From Sphingobium sp. SCG-1 (GTDB taxonomy: Bacteria; Pseudomonadota; Alphaproteobacteria; Sphingomonadales; Sphingomonadaceae): 32,000 nt of DNA. This document shows, in pieces, positions 1-9,897 of this stretch (position 1 is its first letter; each line of letters opens with the position of its first letter). The notes beneath the pieces were generated by a model. That model did not search any database. It saw only the letters and a program-made list of their open reading frames with translations, and was not told where the DNA came from. A program made the translations under genes and the position numbers. Where the stretch lies: NCBI RefSeq assembly GCF_002953135.1, contig NZ_CP026372.1:2842300-2874299 (forward strand). Reading direction: 5' to 3'.

Positions 1-51
1 TCAAGATAGACAGTGGAGGATGCGGATCAGTTGATGGCCCGCGTTTGAGAT

Positions 52-747
52 ATGGCAGATATTGAACAGGAAAAAGCACGGCAACTCATTGGCCGGATTG
101 TTAACGCAACGAGCCTCTCGGTGACAGAAATCGCGCGCAAGGCGGGTCTTTCACCGTCTACATTGACGCGGATCTATCCGGAATCGACGGTGAACTACAC
201 ACTTTCGACCCGGACGTTGGCGAAAATCCGAACAGCCTTCCCCATTGCGGAAGATGGTGACGTAATGGGCCGCGTCGCCGATCAAAGGCAAGCGTTTGCA
301 CCCCAACCCGCGCCGAGCCTCTCCGTCTACGTCCTTGGACCGCTGGACGACCCTTCGGTGGGAGAGCAACTCTCCGTGCCCGCCGAATTCGAGCTTTACA
401 GCGCCGATCTTGAGGACATCAAAATCAAGCAGACGACGCAGTTCGAGCTACGGGAAAAGGACCGCTTCGTCGCCGCCTATATGCCCGGAGACGCCATGGA
501 GCCGCGGTTCCGGGCCGGGGAAATGGTCCTGATCGACAAAGTCCGGCCTGCATCCATCGGTGGCGACGTGTTCGTAGAACTGACGAGTGGTGAAGGCCCG
601 GCGGTTGTAACCATAGCCAAGCTGACGGAGCGCGATCGCAACCAGATCACATTGCTTCAGCACCGCTACAAAGCCGAAATCAACATCCACCGCAGCCGCG
701 TTGAGAATATCTACCCAATCGTCGCGCTATTTGAAGACCGCTTCTGA
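52..747 (+). CDS. HTH-domain / peptidase S24 (LexA/CI-like) family transcriptional regulator, probably non-cleaving
   Basis: 231-aa ORF. N-terminal helix-turn-helix (LSVTEIARKAGLSPSTLTRI). C-terminal S24 fold motifs: MPGDAMEPRFRAGEMVLID, GGDVFVEL, VVTIAKL. The nucleophile position reads GDAM (Ala codon GCC at 493-495) instead of GDSM. The dyad Lys is retained (K190). Confidence 0.8.
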   Translation: MADIEQEKARQLIGRIVNATSLSVTEIARKAGLSPSTLTRIYPESTVNYTLSTRTLAKIRTAFPIAEDGDVMGRVADQRQAFAPQPAPSLSVYVLGPLDDPSVGEQLSVPAEFELYSADLEDIKIKQTTQFELREKDRFVAAYMPGDAMEPRFRAGEMVLIDKVRPASIGGDVFVELTSGEGPAVVTIAKLTERDRNQITLLQHRYKAEINIHRSRVENIYPIVALFEDRF

Positions 748-750
748 CAC

Positions 751-800
751 GAAGAAGGAGCGGACCTGTACGATCCGCTCCTTCTTCGATTTCTGGTTTT
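751..800 (+). terminator. Rho-independent terminator between the convergent S24-like gene and aspS
   Basis: Perfect 14-bp stem: GAAGAAGGAGCGGA (751-764) pairs with TCCGCTCCTTCTTC (774-787), with a 9-nt loop. It is followed by the T-rich stretch GATTTCTGGTTTT. Confidence 0.75.
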
Positions 801-843
801 ATGCCTCTACTTCACCGTCGGCTTCCGCCACGGTTGATCGCGT

Positions 844-2625
844 TCATGCCTTCGGTGCAGGCTCCACCACGCGGATGCTGAGTTCGCGAAGCTGTTTCAG
901 CGACACGTTGTTCGGCGCGCCCATCATCAGGTCTTCGGCCTTCTGGTTCATCGGGAACAGCACGACCTCGCGGATGTTCGGTTCGTCCGCCAACAGCATC
1001 ACCATGCGATCTACACCCGGAGCGGAACCGCCATGCGGCGGCGCGCCGAATTTGAATGCGTTCAGCATGCCCGAGAAGTTCTTCTCCACGTCCTCGGCCG
1101 AGTAGCCTGCAATCTCGAACGCCTTGTACATGATGTCCGGGCGATGGTTCCGGATCGCACCGGACGACAGCTCCACGCCGTTGCAGACGATGTCATACTG
1201 CCACGCCAGGATGTCGAGCGGGTCCCTCGTCTCCAGTGCCTCCATCTCGCCCTGCGGCATGGAGAAGGGATTGTGGCTGAAATCGACCTTTTTGTTGTCC
1301 TCGTCATATTCGAACATCGGGAAGTCGACGATCCAGCAGAATTTGAACACGTCCTGCTCGATCAGGCCCAGCAATTCGCCGGTCCGCGTCCGCGCCGCAC
1401 CGGCCAGCTTCGCCGCCTGCAATTCCTTGCCCGCCGCGAAGAACACGCCGTCGTTCGGCCCGAGGCCCAGCGCCGCGATCAGCTTTGCCGTGGCTTCCTC
1501 GCCATGGTTCTTGGCGATGGGGCCGCCGGGTACGCCATCCTTGATGTTGATGTAGCCAAGCCCTGCGTGGCCTTCGCCGCGCGCCCAGACGTTCATGTCG
1601 TCGAAGAACTTGCGGCTTCCTGCGCCAGCGCCCGGAGCTGGAATAGCGCGGATCACGCCGCCGCCTTCGACGATCCCCGCGAAAATGCCGAAGCCCGAGT
1701 CGACGAAATGCTCGGTCACATCGGTGATCTCGATGGGATTGCGAAGGTCGGGCTTGTCGCTGCCATATTTCAGCATGGACTCGCGATAGGCGATGCGCGG
1801 GAACGGGTAAGGCGTCACTGCCTTGCCGTCCGCGAATTCCTCGAAGACGCCATGCAGCACTGGCTCGATGGCATTGAACACATCGTCCTGCGTTACGAAG
1901 CTCATCTCGAAATCGAGCTGGTAGAACTCGCCCGGAGAGCGATCCGCGCGCGCGTCCTCATCGCGGAAACAGGGCGCAATCTGGAAATAGCGGTCGAACC
2001 CGGCGACCATCAGCAGTTGCTTGAACATCTGCGGCGCCTGCGGCAGTGCGTAGAACTTGCCCGGATGCACCCGGCTCGGCACCAGGAAGTCACGCGCGCC
2101 CTCTGGCGACGAAGCCGTCAGGATCGGCGTCTGGAACTCGGTGAAGCCCTGCCCGATCATCCGGCTGCGCAGCGACGCGATTACCGAAGAACGCAGCATG
2201 ATATTCTTGTGCAGCCGCTCCCGCCGCAGATCGAGGAAGCGATAGCGCAGGCGGATGTCCTCTGGATATTCCTGTTCACCCGCGACCGGCATAGGCAATT
2301 CATGCGCAGAGGACTGCACCGTCACCTTGTCCGCAACCACCTCGATGGCGCCAGTCGCAAGGTTCGGATTGGTAGCCTCCGGCCCACGCGACACCACTTC
2401 GCCGTCGATCGTCACGACCGATTCGACACGCAGCCCCTCTAGCACCCGTAGCGCCTCGCTGTCCGCCTTCGCGACGATCTGCGTCAGCCCATAATGGTCG
2501 CGCAAGTCGACGAACAGCACGCCGCCATGGTCGCGCTTGCGGTGCACCCAGCCGGAGAGGCGGACATTCGCGCCGACATCGCTCTCACGGAGGGCGGCGC
2601 AGTTATGGGTGCGGTAAACGTGCAT
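844..2625 (-). CDS. aspS: Aspartate--tRNA ligase
   Basis: The ORF translation is full-length AspRS ([18 protein letters not shown]..., [22 protein letters not shown], class II core [19 protein letters not shown]). The track ORF begins at TTG 2643. ATG 2625 (MHVYRTH...) is the more likely start. Confidence 0.96.
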   Translation of the reverse strand: MHVYRTHNCAALRESDVGANVRLSGWVHRKRDHGGVLFVDLRDHYGLTQIVAKADSEALRVLEGLRVESVVTIDGEVVSRGPEATNPNLATGAIEVVADKVTVQSSAHELPMPVAGEQEYPEDIRLRYRFLDLRRERLHKNIMLRSSVIASLRSRMIGQGFTEFQTPILTASSPEGARDFLVPSRVHPGKFYALPQAPQMFKQLLMVAGFDRYFQIAPCFRDEDARADRSPGEFYQLDFEMSFVTQDDVFNAIEPVLHGVFEEFADGKAVTPYPFPRIAYRESMLKYGSDKPDLRNPIEITDVTEHFVDSGFGIFAGIVEGGGVIRAIPAPGAGAGSRKFFDDMNVWARGEGHAGLGYINIKDGVPGGPIAKNHGEEATAKLIAALGLGPNDGVFFAAGKELQAAKLAGAARTRTGELLGLIEQDVFKFCWIVDFPMFEYDEDNKKVDFSHNPFSMPQGEMEALETRDPLDILAWQYDIVCNGVELSSGAIRNHRPDIMYKAFEIAGYSAEDVEKNFSGMLNAFKFGAPPHGGSAPGVDRMVMLLADEPNIREVVLFPMNQKAEDLMMGAPNNVSLKQLRELSIRVVEPAPKA

Positions 2626-2749
2626 GGCTCTGTTTTCTTCCAACGCTTTACGGAAATGACAAACCCGTGGATCGGGGCTATGGCCGAATATGTCGAAACC
2701 GACGAGCCCGCCAGGGAGCGGGCCAGCCCATAATAAGATCGAAGACCAT

Positions 2750-3943
2750 ATGCAAATTCATCCGCTGATCAGCGACAGCAAAACCCTCGCCGAATTCTGC
2801 CAGCGCATTGCCAAATCCCCCTATATTGCCGTCGATACCGAGTTCATGCGGGAGAACAGCTATTGGCCCGACCTGTGCCTGTTGCAAGTCGCCGATGACA
2901 GGGAAGCGGCGGCGATAGATCCCAAGGCACCGGGGCTGGACATGAAGCCCCTCCTTGATCTCCTCGTCGAGGATCAGGATGTGCTTAAGGTTTTCCATGC
3001 CGGCGGGCAGGATCTCGAAATCATCCACAACATGACGGGAAAGACGCCCTACCCCATGTTCGATACGCAGATCGCCGCGATGGCGCTCGGTTTGGGCGAG
3101 CAGATCGGCTACGGCAATCTGGTCGATGCATGGCTAGGCATCACGCTCGACAAGGGCGCGCGTTTCACAGATTGGGCACGCCGCCCACTGGACAAGCGGC
3201 AGATCGACTATGCCATCGGCGACGTCACTTACCTCATCCAGATTTTTCCGATGATGCTCGCTGACCTCAAGAAGACGGGGCGCGGCGGCTGGCTGGATCA
3301 GGAGATGGAGCGGATCAGCGACCCCTCCAACTACGTGAACGAACCCGACGAGGCATGGAAGCGCGTCAGGATCGCCAGCCGCAAACCTGATGTACTCGGC
3401 CGCCTGAAGGCGCTTGCGGCATGGCGGGAGATCGAGGCGCAGGACAAGAATCTGCCGCGTGGCCGCATCGTCAAGGACGAAACGCTGGCCGACATCGCTT
3501 CCCACCCGCCGCGCACGCAGGACGATCTGGCGAAGGTCCGTGGACTCTCCGCAGGCTGGAAAAGCAACGACATCGGCACGCGCATGATACAGGCGCTAGC
3601 CAACGCCAAGCCGCTGGACCGCGACGAAATGCCGGAACGCGATCCTAAAAAGCCGGGTCTCGGCAAGGATGGCGCATTGGTTGCGGACTTGCTCAAGCTC
3701 CTGCTCAAAATTCGTGCCCGCGAAATCAACGTCGCCGCCCGGCTTTTGGCGCGCACCGACGATCTAGATGCGCTGGCAGCGGGCGAGCGCGACGGCTTGT
3801 CGATCCTGGAAGGCTGGCGTTACGAACAATTCGGGCGCGATGCCGTCGACTTGGTGGAAGGCCGGATGGCGTTCGCGGTGAAGAACGGCAGGTTGCGTAT
3901 GACGCGGACTGTCGCGATCGCCGACGCCTCTGCGGAGGGCTGA
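2750..3943 (+). CDS. rnd: Ribonuclease D
   Basis: DEDD 3'-5' exonuclease motifs ([40 protein letters not shown]) followed by an HRDC region. The likely start is ATG 2750 (MQIHPLI...). The track ORF starts upstream at 2690, inside the divergent intergenic region. Confidence 0.92.
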   Translation: MQIHPLISDSKTLAEFCQRIAKSPYIAVDTEFMRENSYWPDLCLLQVADDREAAAIDPKAPGLDMKPLLDLLVEDQDVLKVFHAGGQDLEIIHNMTGKTPYPMFDTQIAAMALGLGEQIGYGNLVDAWLGITLDKGARFTDWARRPLDKRQIDYAIGDVTYLIQIFPMMLADLKKTGRGGWLDQEMERISDPSNYVNEPDEAWKRVRIASRKPDVLGRLKALAAWREIEAQDKNLPRGRIVKDETLADIASHPPRTQDDLAKVRGLSAGWKSNDIGTRMIQALANAKPLDRDEMPERDPKKPGLGKDGALVADLLKLLLKIRAREINVAARLLARTDDLDALAAGERDGLSILEGWRYEQFGRDAVDLVEGRMAFAVKNGRLRMTRTVAIADASAEG

Positions 3944-3946
3944 GCC

Positions 3947-4237
3947 ATGCTGAAAATCATCATGCCGCTAGCTTTGTTGGTGCCAATCACCGCTTGCGCG
4001 ACCGCGCAAAGCGAGCCGCACGCGGCTGGAGATGCAGCCTGTAATGACGCCGCCCTGAGCAGCTTCATCGGCACCAAAGCGTCCGAAGCCTCGGCAGCGG
4101 ATATGTTGAAAGTTTCGCGAGCACGGCATCTGCGCTGGGCAGGACCAGGGATGGCGCTGACAATGGACTATCGGGCGGACAGGCTGACGGTCAGCTACGA
4201 TTCCACTATGGGGATTACGTCTGCCCGCTGCGGGTAA
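3947..4237 (+). CDS. Lipoprotein, peptidase inhibitor I78 family-like
   Basis: 96 aa. Signal peptide with lipobox (LLVPITAC). The C-terminal pattern C..AALSSFIG...ARHLRWAGPGMALTMDYRADRLTVSYD....ARCG matches my recollection of the Inhibitor_I78 family. It starts 3 nt after the rnd stop. Confidence 0.7.
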   Translation: MLKIIMPLALLVPITACATAQSEPHAAGDAACNDAALSSFIGTKASEASAADMLKVSRARHLRWAGPGMALTMDYRADRLTVSYDSTMGITSARCG

Positions 4238-4249
4238 CGCGCCGGAACG

Positions 4250-5770
4250 TTAAGCCGCGACCGCCATAGCATATCTCAGCCCAAGCGCCTGCGCCAAACT
4301 GCGCAGTCGGCGCTCAACTGCCTCTCCATAAAGATCTTCATGGCGAGCAGGCAGAACCAGCGTCAATGTACCGTCTTCTACATCGAGACGACCGCCGAGC
4401 AGCGGCCCCTCGACACCGCCCGATAATCGCTGCCCCAACCGTATCGCCATGCCCCACAGCGCGGCCCGCCGCAGCGCATCAGCCCCGGCAAGGCGTGTCA
4501 ATTCAGCTGGCGTTTGCGTTCCGCCCCCAAAATTGCTGTGCAGTGCCTGCGCCAACATTGCGCGACCCTCCACATCTATGCCAACCCAGTTGCCGTGTAG
4601 CGCGATTTCGACGCCTCGCTCTGAACGAAAATCCGGATTGGCACGCCAGCCGACATCCGCCAGCAAGCAAGCCGCGCGCCGGATGCGCCGCCATTTCTCC
4701 CCGTCTTCCAAAAAGAGCGGCGCGATCCAGTTCTCGATAAGGTCGCCGTGGCCGGGGAACCTTCCCTGAGCCTCACCTTCCGCTTCCACGGCAGCCAGAA
4801 GCGGATCTTCCAGCCGTATGTCCTTCGGCAGCGCCTCGAACAGCAGGCCTTCCCGCAATCCGTAGGCCGAGACGATGAGCCGGCTGCTTTTCAACTGCCG
4901 GACCATGACCGACAGCAAGGCAGCTGCGCCCGGCAAAGTAGGAATACGGCTTCCCGTAAGTGCGGGCACATTCTTCAGGGTTTCGCGATGCATCTGACTG
5001 GTCACGCGGACGAGATGCGCTGCCCGTGCCGCTGTCATCTCATAGTGGTGGATAACCGGCAACGCGAAATGGTTGAGGTGCATGTCAAGGCGCGCCAGCG
5101 ATCGCCACGATCCACCCACGAGGTAAAAGGGAAGCCCCTGCTCCACTGCATCCCAACCGGCCTTCTTCAGCAGTTTCTTGACGTGCCGTTCCAGCGCGCC
5201 ATTCCCTTTCGCGCGCACTTCAGGGAGCCGCAGCACGCCTAAGGGAAGGGACGTGATCTCATGAACCTGACCGTCGCGAATGCGCACAAGTTCCAAGCTT
5301 CCACCGCCCAAATCACCGACAATCCCATTGGCGTGGGGAATAGCGGACAGAACGCCATAGCCGGATGCCGCGCCTTCCTGCGCGCCCGACAGCAGCTCCA
5401 CATCAAGTCCGATTGCTTTCGCCCTGCGCAACAACTCCGTTCCATTGGTGGCGTCACGCACAGCCGCAGTGGCAACGCAGCGCAAGGAAGCGACGCCCAT
5501 CTCTTCACAAAGATGTTTGTAACGGGCCAATGCCCCAAGGCTTCGCTTCATAGCGGCAGGCTCGATCATCCCGGTCTTGCCCAGCGACGCGCCCAAGCCC
5601 GCCATCACTTTCTCATTGAACAATATGAAGGGGATACGGCGGGGCCCGTCATAAACGACAAGGCGAACGCTGTTCGAACCGATGTCGATTATCGCCGAGC
5701 GCGTCTCGACCACGGACGCAGCTTCATCACGAGTTGTAGCGGTGCGCAGGAAAGTCCGGATGGAGGCCAT
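4250..5770 (-). CDS. ppx: Exopolyphosphatase (Ppx/GppA family phosphatase)
   Basis: 506 aa. ASKHA-fold motifs: IDIGSNSVRLVVYDG and DLGGGSLEL. The ATG lies 3 nt after the ppk1 stop. Confidence 0.92.
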   Translation of the reverse strand: MASIRTFLRTATTRDEAASVVETRSAIIDIGSNSVRLVVYDGPRRIPFILFNEKVMAGLGASLGKTGMIEPAAMKRSLGALARYKHLCEEMGVASLRCVATAAVRDATNGTELLRRAKAIGLDVELLSGAQEGAASGYGVLSAIPHANGIVGDLGGGSLELVRIRDGQVHEITSLPLGVLRLPEVRAKGNGALERHVKKLLKKAGWDAVEQGLPFYLVGGSWRSLARLDMHLNHFALPVIHHYEMTAARAAHLVRVTSQMHRETLKNVPALTGSRIPTLPGAAALLSVMVRQLKSSRLIVSAYGLREGLLFEALPKDIRLEDPLLAAVEAEGEAQGRFPGHGDLIENWIAPLFLEDGEKWRRIRRAACLLADVGWRANPDFRSERGVEIALHGNWVGIDVEGRAMLAQALHSNFGGGTQTPAELTRLAGADALRRAALWGMAIRLGQRLSGGVEGPLLGGRLDVEDGTLTLVLPARHEDLYGEAVERRLRSLAQALGLRYAMAVAA

Positions 5771-5773
5771 GGA

Positions 5774-7942
5774 TCAGCTACGGCGACGCAGGCTGAGGGT
5801 CGGCACCGCATCGCTGCTTTGGACTGATGCTCCACGCCCGGAAAGCGAGGGATTTGTCATGAAGTATCGATGTAAGTTGAATGGGCGATCGCCGGGTTCC
5901 AGCCGATGATAACGCCCGTCGCTGTCCAGCTCCCAGCTTTGCTCATTGTCTATGAGGTTGGCCACCATCACCTGATCCAGAACCTGATCGTGCACAGTCT
6001 CATTTTCGATCGGCAGCATATATTCCACGCGGCGGTCAAAGTTGCGCGGCATCCAGTCCGCGGAGCTTATGAACACGCGCGCGCCATTATTGGGCAACGG
6101 CTTGCCGTTACCGAAGACCGTGATGCGGCTATGTTCGAGGAAGCGGCCGACTACGGACTTCACCCGGATGTTTTCCGAAAGTCCAGGCACACCGGGCCGC
6201 AGGCAGCATATGCCCCGCACGACCAGTTCTACCTGAACCCCTGCATTGCTGGCCGTGTAAAGCTTTTCGATGATTGCAGGATCGACCAACGAATTCATCT
6301 TAGCCCATATGGTCCCCGGTCGCCCCTCCCGGACATGTCCGATTTCCGCCTCTATCAGGCCGCACAGGCTGTTGCGCAGATCGCGCGGCGACATGATGAG
6401 ATGTTCAAGATGCTGCGGCTCGACATAGCCGGTAATATAGTTGAACAGCGACGCGGCATCACGGCCAAGACCCGGATCAGCGGTAAAGAAGCTGAGATCC
6501 GTGTAAATGCGCGCCGTCACTGGATGATAATTGCCGGTCCCGAAGTGGCAATATGTGCGGAAGTGCTCCCCTTCGCGGCGCACAACCATCGAAATCTTCG
6601 CGTGAGTCTTCCAATCTATGAAGCCATAGACCACTTGGACCCCCGCCCGCTCAAGCGCGCTCGCCCATAGCAGGTTCTGTTCTTCATCGAACCGCGCTTT
6701 CAGTTCGACGACGGCGGTAACAGACTTGCCCGCCTCCGCCGCATCGATGAGCGCGCGGATGACGGCGGACTGCTTGCCCGCGCGATACAGCGTCTGTTTG
6801 ATAGCAACGACGTCGGGATCGCCCGCCGCCTGCTTCAGAAACGCGACGACGACATCGAAGCTTTCATAGGGATGATGGACCACGATGTCCTTCGCCCTGA
6901 TCGCCGCGAAGCAATCGCCGCCATATTCGCGGATGCGTTCCGGGAAACGAGGCGCATAAGGTTCGAATTTCAGATCGGGTCGATCTTCGTCGACGATGCC
7001 CGAAAGATCGCCGATCCCCACGAACCCGTCGATCTCCGCGATGATCGATTCGTGGCCCTGGAGCATGTCCTGCAACATTTCCTCAACGGCCGCCGGAATA
7101 CCCTGCTCCACCTCCAGCCGAATCACGCGCCCGCGCCGCCGCCGTTTGATGGCGCTGCGGAAGTAGCGGACCAGATCCTCCGCCTCTTCCTCGATCTCGA
7201 TATCGCTGTCGCGGATGATGCGGAAAACGCCGCTGTCCTTGACCTTGTAACCCGGGAACAGCTTGTCGCAGAACCTTCGGATCACGGCCTCCAGTGCGAT
7301 GTAACGCGCGGGTTCTCCCGGCACGCGGACGAACCGCGCAAGCGTGGCGGGGATCATCACCAACTCGCGAATCGACTGCTTGTCAGACAGGCGCACCAGA
7401 TCGAAAACGATCGATAGTCCTTGATTGGGAATAAACGGGAACGGATGCGCCGGGTCCAGAGCCTGTGGTGTTAGGATGGGAAATATCTGGGTCAGGAAGT
7501 GATTTGCGAGCCAGTCGTCACACTTCTTACCCATGCTCACGTCGCTGCCGATCACTTCGATCCCCACCTCGGTGAGTTCGCCATGAAGCTTGTGCCAGAC
7601 GCGTTGCTGGGCAGTCATCAGACGGTCCGTCTCCTGCGCGATGGCGATAAGCTGCTGCGCGGGCGTCAGGCCATCGGCGGAACGTAGATCAACATCCTGT
7701 AATTGTTGCCCTTTCAAACCCGCGACACGAACGGAAAAGAACTCGTCGAGGTTCGCACCCGATATTGACAGAAAGCGTAAGCGCTCCAGCAGCGGATGCG
7801 CGGGGTTCATCGCCTCCTCCAAGACGCGCTGATTGAAACTGAGCCAGCTCAGTTCGCGATTGAAATAGCGTTGCGGCGCGGGGGCCAAGCTTACGGACGG
7901 ATCGGCTTCGGCCACAAAGGCTTCCTCATCAGGTTGCTGCAA
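5774..7942 (-). CDS. ppk1: Polyphosphate kinase 1
   Basis: 722 aa. [20 protein letters not shown] and the PLD-like C-terminal domains are typical of PPK1. The annotated start is TTG at 7942, 9 nt after the hdaA stop. A downstream GTG (FVAEAD...) is an alternative start. Confidence 0.95.
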   Translation of the reverse strand: MQQPDEEAFVAEADPSVSLAPAPQRYFNRELSWLSFNQRVLEEAMNPAHPLLERLRFLSISGANLDEFFSVRVAGLKGQQLQDVDLRSADGLTPAQQLIAIAQETDRLMTAQQRVWHKLHGELTEVGIEVIGSDVSMGKKCDDWLANHFLTQIFPILTPQALDPAHPFPFIPNQGLSIVFDLVRLSDKQSIRELVMIPATLARFVRVPGEPARYIALEAVIRRFCDKLFPGYKVKDSGVFRIIRDSDIEIEEEAEDLVRYFRSAIKRRRRGRVIRLEVEQGIPAAVEEMLQDMLQGHESIIAEIDGFVGIGDLSGIVDEDRPDLKFEPYAPRFPERIREYGGDCFAAIRAKDIVVHHPYESFDVVVAFLKQAAGDPDVVAIKQTLYRAGKQSAVIRALIDAAEAGKSVTAVVELKARFDEEQNLLWASALERAGVQVVYGFIDWKTHAKISMVVRREGEHFRTYCHFGTGNYHPVTARIYTDLSFFTADPGLGRDAASLFNYITGYVEPQHLEHLIMSPRDLRNSLCGLIEAEIGHVREGRPGTIWAKMNSLVDPAIIEKLYTASNAGVQVELVVRGICCLRPGVPGLSENIRVKSVVGRFLEHSRITVFGNGKPLPNNGARVFISSADWMPRNFDRRVEYMLPIENETVHDQVLDQVMVANLIDNEQSWELDSDGRYHRLEPGDRPFNLHRYFMTNPSLSGRGASVQSSDAVPTLSLRRRS

Positions 7943-7951
7943 TTTGCAGGA

Positions 7952-8584
7952 TCACGGTTCCGGGTCGGACCAGACTATAGGCAAAAATCCGGCTCCTTGC
8001 AGAGCCTCTTTTGCGAATGGCACCGAAATCTTTCGTCTCTGCGACAGTGATTGGGCGTTTAGATAACCCATCACTTCCGCAATAGCGGCGTAGCTCCGTT
8101 CGATTCGGCGATGGAGCCAATCCACGATATCCAGAGACCAAGGCGCCCCTCCGCTGGCAAGCCCACGTTCGATCAGTGCGCGGATCAGCGCATCGTCCGG
8201 CTCCTCGATCCGAAGATGGGGCATAGCCATCAGGCGCGACCGTAAATCGGGGAGAGCAACGGTCCAGTTCTGCGGCTGCGCCTGTGCGATCAACAGGAGC
8301 GGCTGCTTGTTCAATTGCGCGCGGTTCCAGGCATGGAAAAGGGTTTCGTCACCCGCCCTTTCGGCATCGTCTATCACCGTTCCGCCCGATAATCGCGCAA
8401 ACTGACGACCTAGAATAGAGCGGCCAGATCGGGGGGGGCCGGAGAGGACGCTGGCAGCGACAGGCCACTCGCGCCAACGTTCCAGATGCCGCACAGCCAA
8501 CTGGTTGGCGTCACTTATGAGAAACGAGTTCACCGCAGAAGCGTCGTGGCCGCTCCAGTCGAAAGGTAAGCTGATCTGACTCAT
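7952..8584 (-). CDS. hdaA: DnaA regulatory inactivator Hda/HdaA
   Basis: 210 aa. N-terminal beta-clamp-binding motif (QISLPF). Hda-type Walker A with Arg (GPPRSGRS; compare E. coli Hda GAGRS). C-terminal RRKISVPFAKEAL resembles the E. coli Hda sequence RKLTIPFVKEIL. The start overlaps the upstream stop in an ATGA. Confidence 0.85.
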   Translation of the reverse strand: MSQISLPFDWSGHDASAVNSFLISDANQLAVRHLERWREWPVAASVLSGPPRSGRSILGRQFARLSGGTVIDDAERAGDETLFHAWNRAQLNKQPLLLIAQAQPQNWTVALPDLRSRLMAMPHLRIEEPDDALIRALIERGLASGGAPWSLDIVDWLHRRIERSYAAIAEVMGYLNAQSLSQRRKISVPFAKEALQGAGFLPIVWSDPEP

Positions 8585-9813
8585 TGCACGGGCGCCGCAG
8601 TCGCTCCCTTGCGGCTGATACGCAATGTGTTTCCCGATGTTGTAACGGTGTAGCCGCGCGACTGCAGGGCGCTGCGGAGCGCATCTACATTCCCGGCAAA
8701 AGTAACTGACATGACCGATGTCCCACCCAGCGCGAGGCTGCTGGTGCTCGCCGACTGGACGCCGGGAATACCCCGAAGAGCACTTTCGCTCTGGCTCACC
8801 GATGTCACATTGGGCGTGTCGTACTGAATAACGAAGGCGTTCACACCCGGTACGGGTGCATCGATGATATCGACCGGCACATCTGTCGAATTCTCAATCG
8901 CGAGCGCATCGACATCGACCGGCTCCTCAATGATGAGCGAAGGATCGGGCCGTAGCGTTCCATCCAGCAATGCCTGTGTGTATAGTCCATCGATCCGTTG
9001 AATCGCCTGATCGATCATCTCGGCAACCGCAGCTTCATTGGAAGCGCGCAGCGAAAAGCTTCCGATCAGCGCGTCGTCGGGACCATAGCGCGCCGTGAAC
9101 CGGCCGAGTACCGGACCGCCGGGAAATTGTCGCTCCAGCCGCGCGATTGGAATGATGACATCGGCAGCGCCATATTGATCGAGCAGCACCCGCCACCAGT
9201 TGCGGCTGCGACGCCCGGCCTGCGCCGCGTTCAGCAACAGCGGGTCGGCCGCATTTCCCGTGACACGCACATAGTCGATGGCGCTATCGCCCGTGCGGAA
9301 TCGCGCCCAGCCTTTCTGCCACTCGTTGATCGTCTCATAAGAAGTAGCGGTCCCGCCCTGCCACAAGATAGGGATGACCAGAAGAGGCGGCGAGCGCATC
9401 GTCCGTCCCTGCACGCCCAAAATCTGGCCAGCTCTCGCGCGGTCGAACAGCACGCCCAGCGTTGCGACATAGCGCGTGGGTCCCGCCTGCTCGGACTGGA
9501 TTTCGATGCCCGAGACGATCGCCTCCAGTTGCGAATCAGAGAGCGCCGGAACGCCCGCGCCGCCGTTGGTCCGCGTCCATAGCATCTTCCAAGCGAGGCG
9601 CTGCGCCTGCCGCCAGCCCGCATATCGTGCCGCGTCCGCGTTAGCAGCGGCGACATCGACCTTGACGTTGCTAACTTGGAAATCTCCGCCGCTAGCGATC
9701 GGCGGCACGCCCCGTTCGCCCTCGATCTGCGCCACGAGGATCGCTGCCGCCAAGCCGAGCAGCAGCACGATCACAATATGAAACGGGCGAATTTGGGGTA
9801 AGGAGAGGGTCAC
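8581..9813 (-). CDS. Conserved membrane-anchored protein of unknown function
   Basis: The track ORF (to 10140) would overlap purM. GTG 9813, preceded by AAGGA, gives 411 aa beginning VTLSLPQIRPFHIVIVLLLGLAAAILVAQI (a single N-terminal TM/signal anchor). The C-terminal ~80 aa look like a ferredoxin/HMA-like beta-alpha-beta-beta-alpha-beta module without a CxxC. No catalytic motif recognised. Confidence 0.7.
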   Translation of the reverse strand: MTLSLPQIRPFHIVIVLLLGLAAAILVAQIEGERGVPPIASGGDFQVSNVKVDVAAANADAARYAGWRQAQRLAWKMLWTRTNGGAGVPALSDSQLEAIVSGIEIQSEQAGPTRYVATLGVLFDRARAGQILGVQGRTMRSPPLLVIPILWQGGTATSYETINEWQKGWARFRTGDSAIDYVRVTGNAADPLLLNAAQAGRRSRNWWRVLLDQYGAADVIIPIARLERQFPGGPVLGRFTARYGPDDALIGSFSLRASNEAAVAEMIDQAIQRIDGLYTQALLDGTLRPDPSLIIEEPVDVDALAIENSTDVPVDIIDAPVPGVNAFVIQYDTPNVTSVSQSESALRGIPGVQSASTSSLALGGTSVMSVTFAGNVDALRSALQSRGYTVTTSGNTLRISRKGATAAPVQ

Positions 9814-9897
9814 GGCGTCCTTTTGGCGGCATTTGCCTGCGAAGCCAAGAGCCAAGTCCCTTGATAAAATCGGTGAGATGACTAGGCGCTGATCCCC

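Noticed and set aside
5047-5055. A DnaA-box-like 9-mer, GGTGGATAA (8/9 to TGTGGATAA).
   Set aside because: It is a single copy, imperfect and inside the ppx coding sequence. This is expected by chance.
6960-6975. A tRNA T-loop-like string, GGTTCGAATTTC.
   Set aside because: It lies inside ppk1. No acceptor or anticodon stems can be built around it.
8431-8438. An 8-nt G homopolymer (C8 on the coding strand) inside hdaA, encoding the Gly-Pro-Pro of the Walker A region. Could be a slippage or phase-variation site. I also noted Arg instead of Lys in the Walker A (SGRS).
   Set aside because: Gly-Pro-Pro codons naturally give such runs in GC-rich genomes. There is no evidence of phase variation in this lineage, and hdaA is likely essential. 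The Arg in Walker A is a known hallmark of Hda proteins (E. coli GAGRS), not an anomaly.
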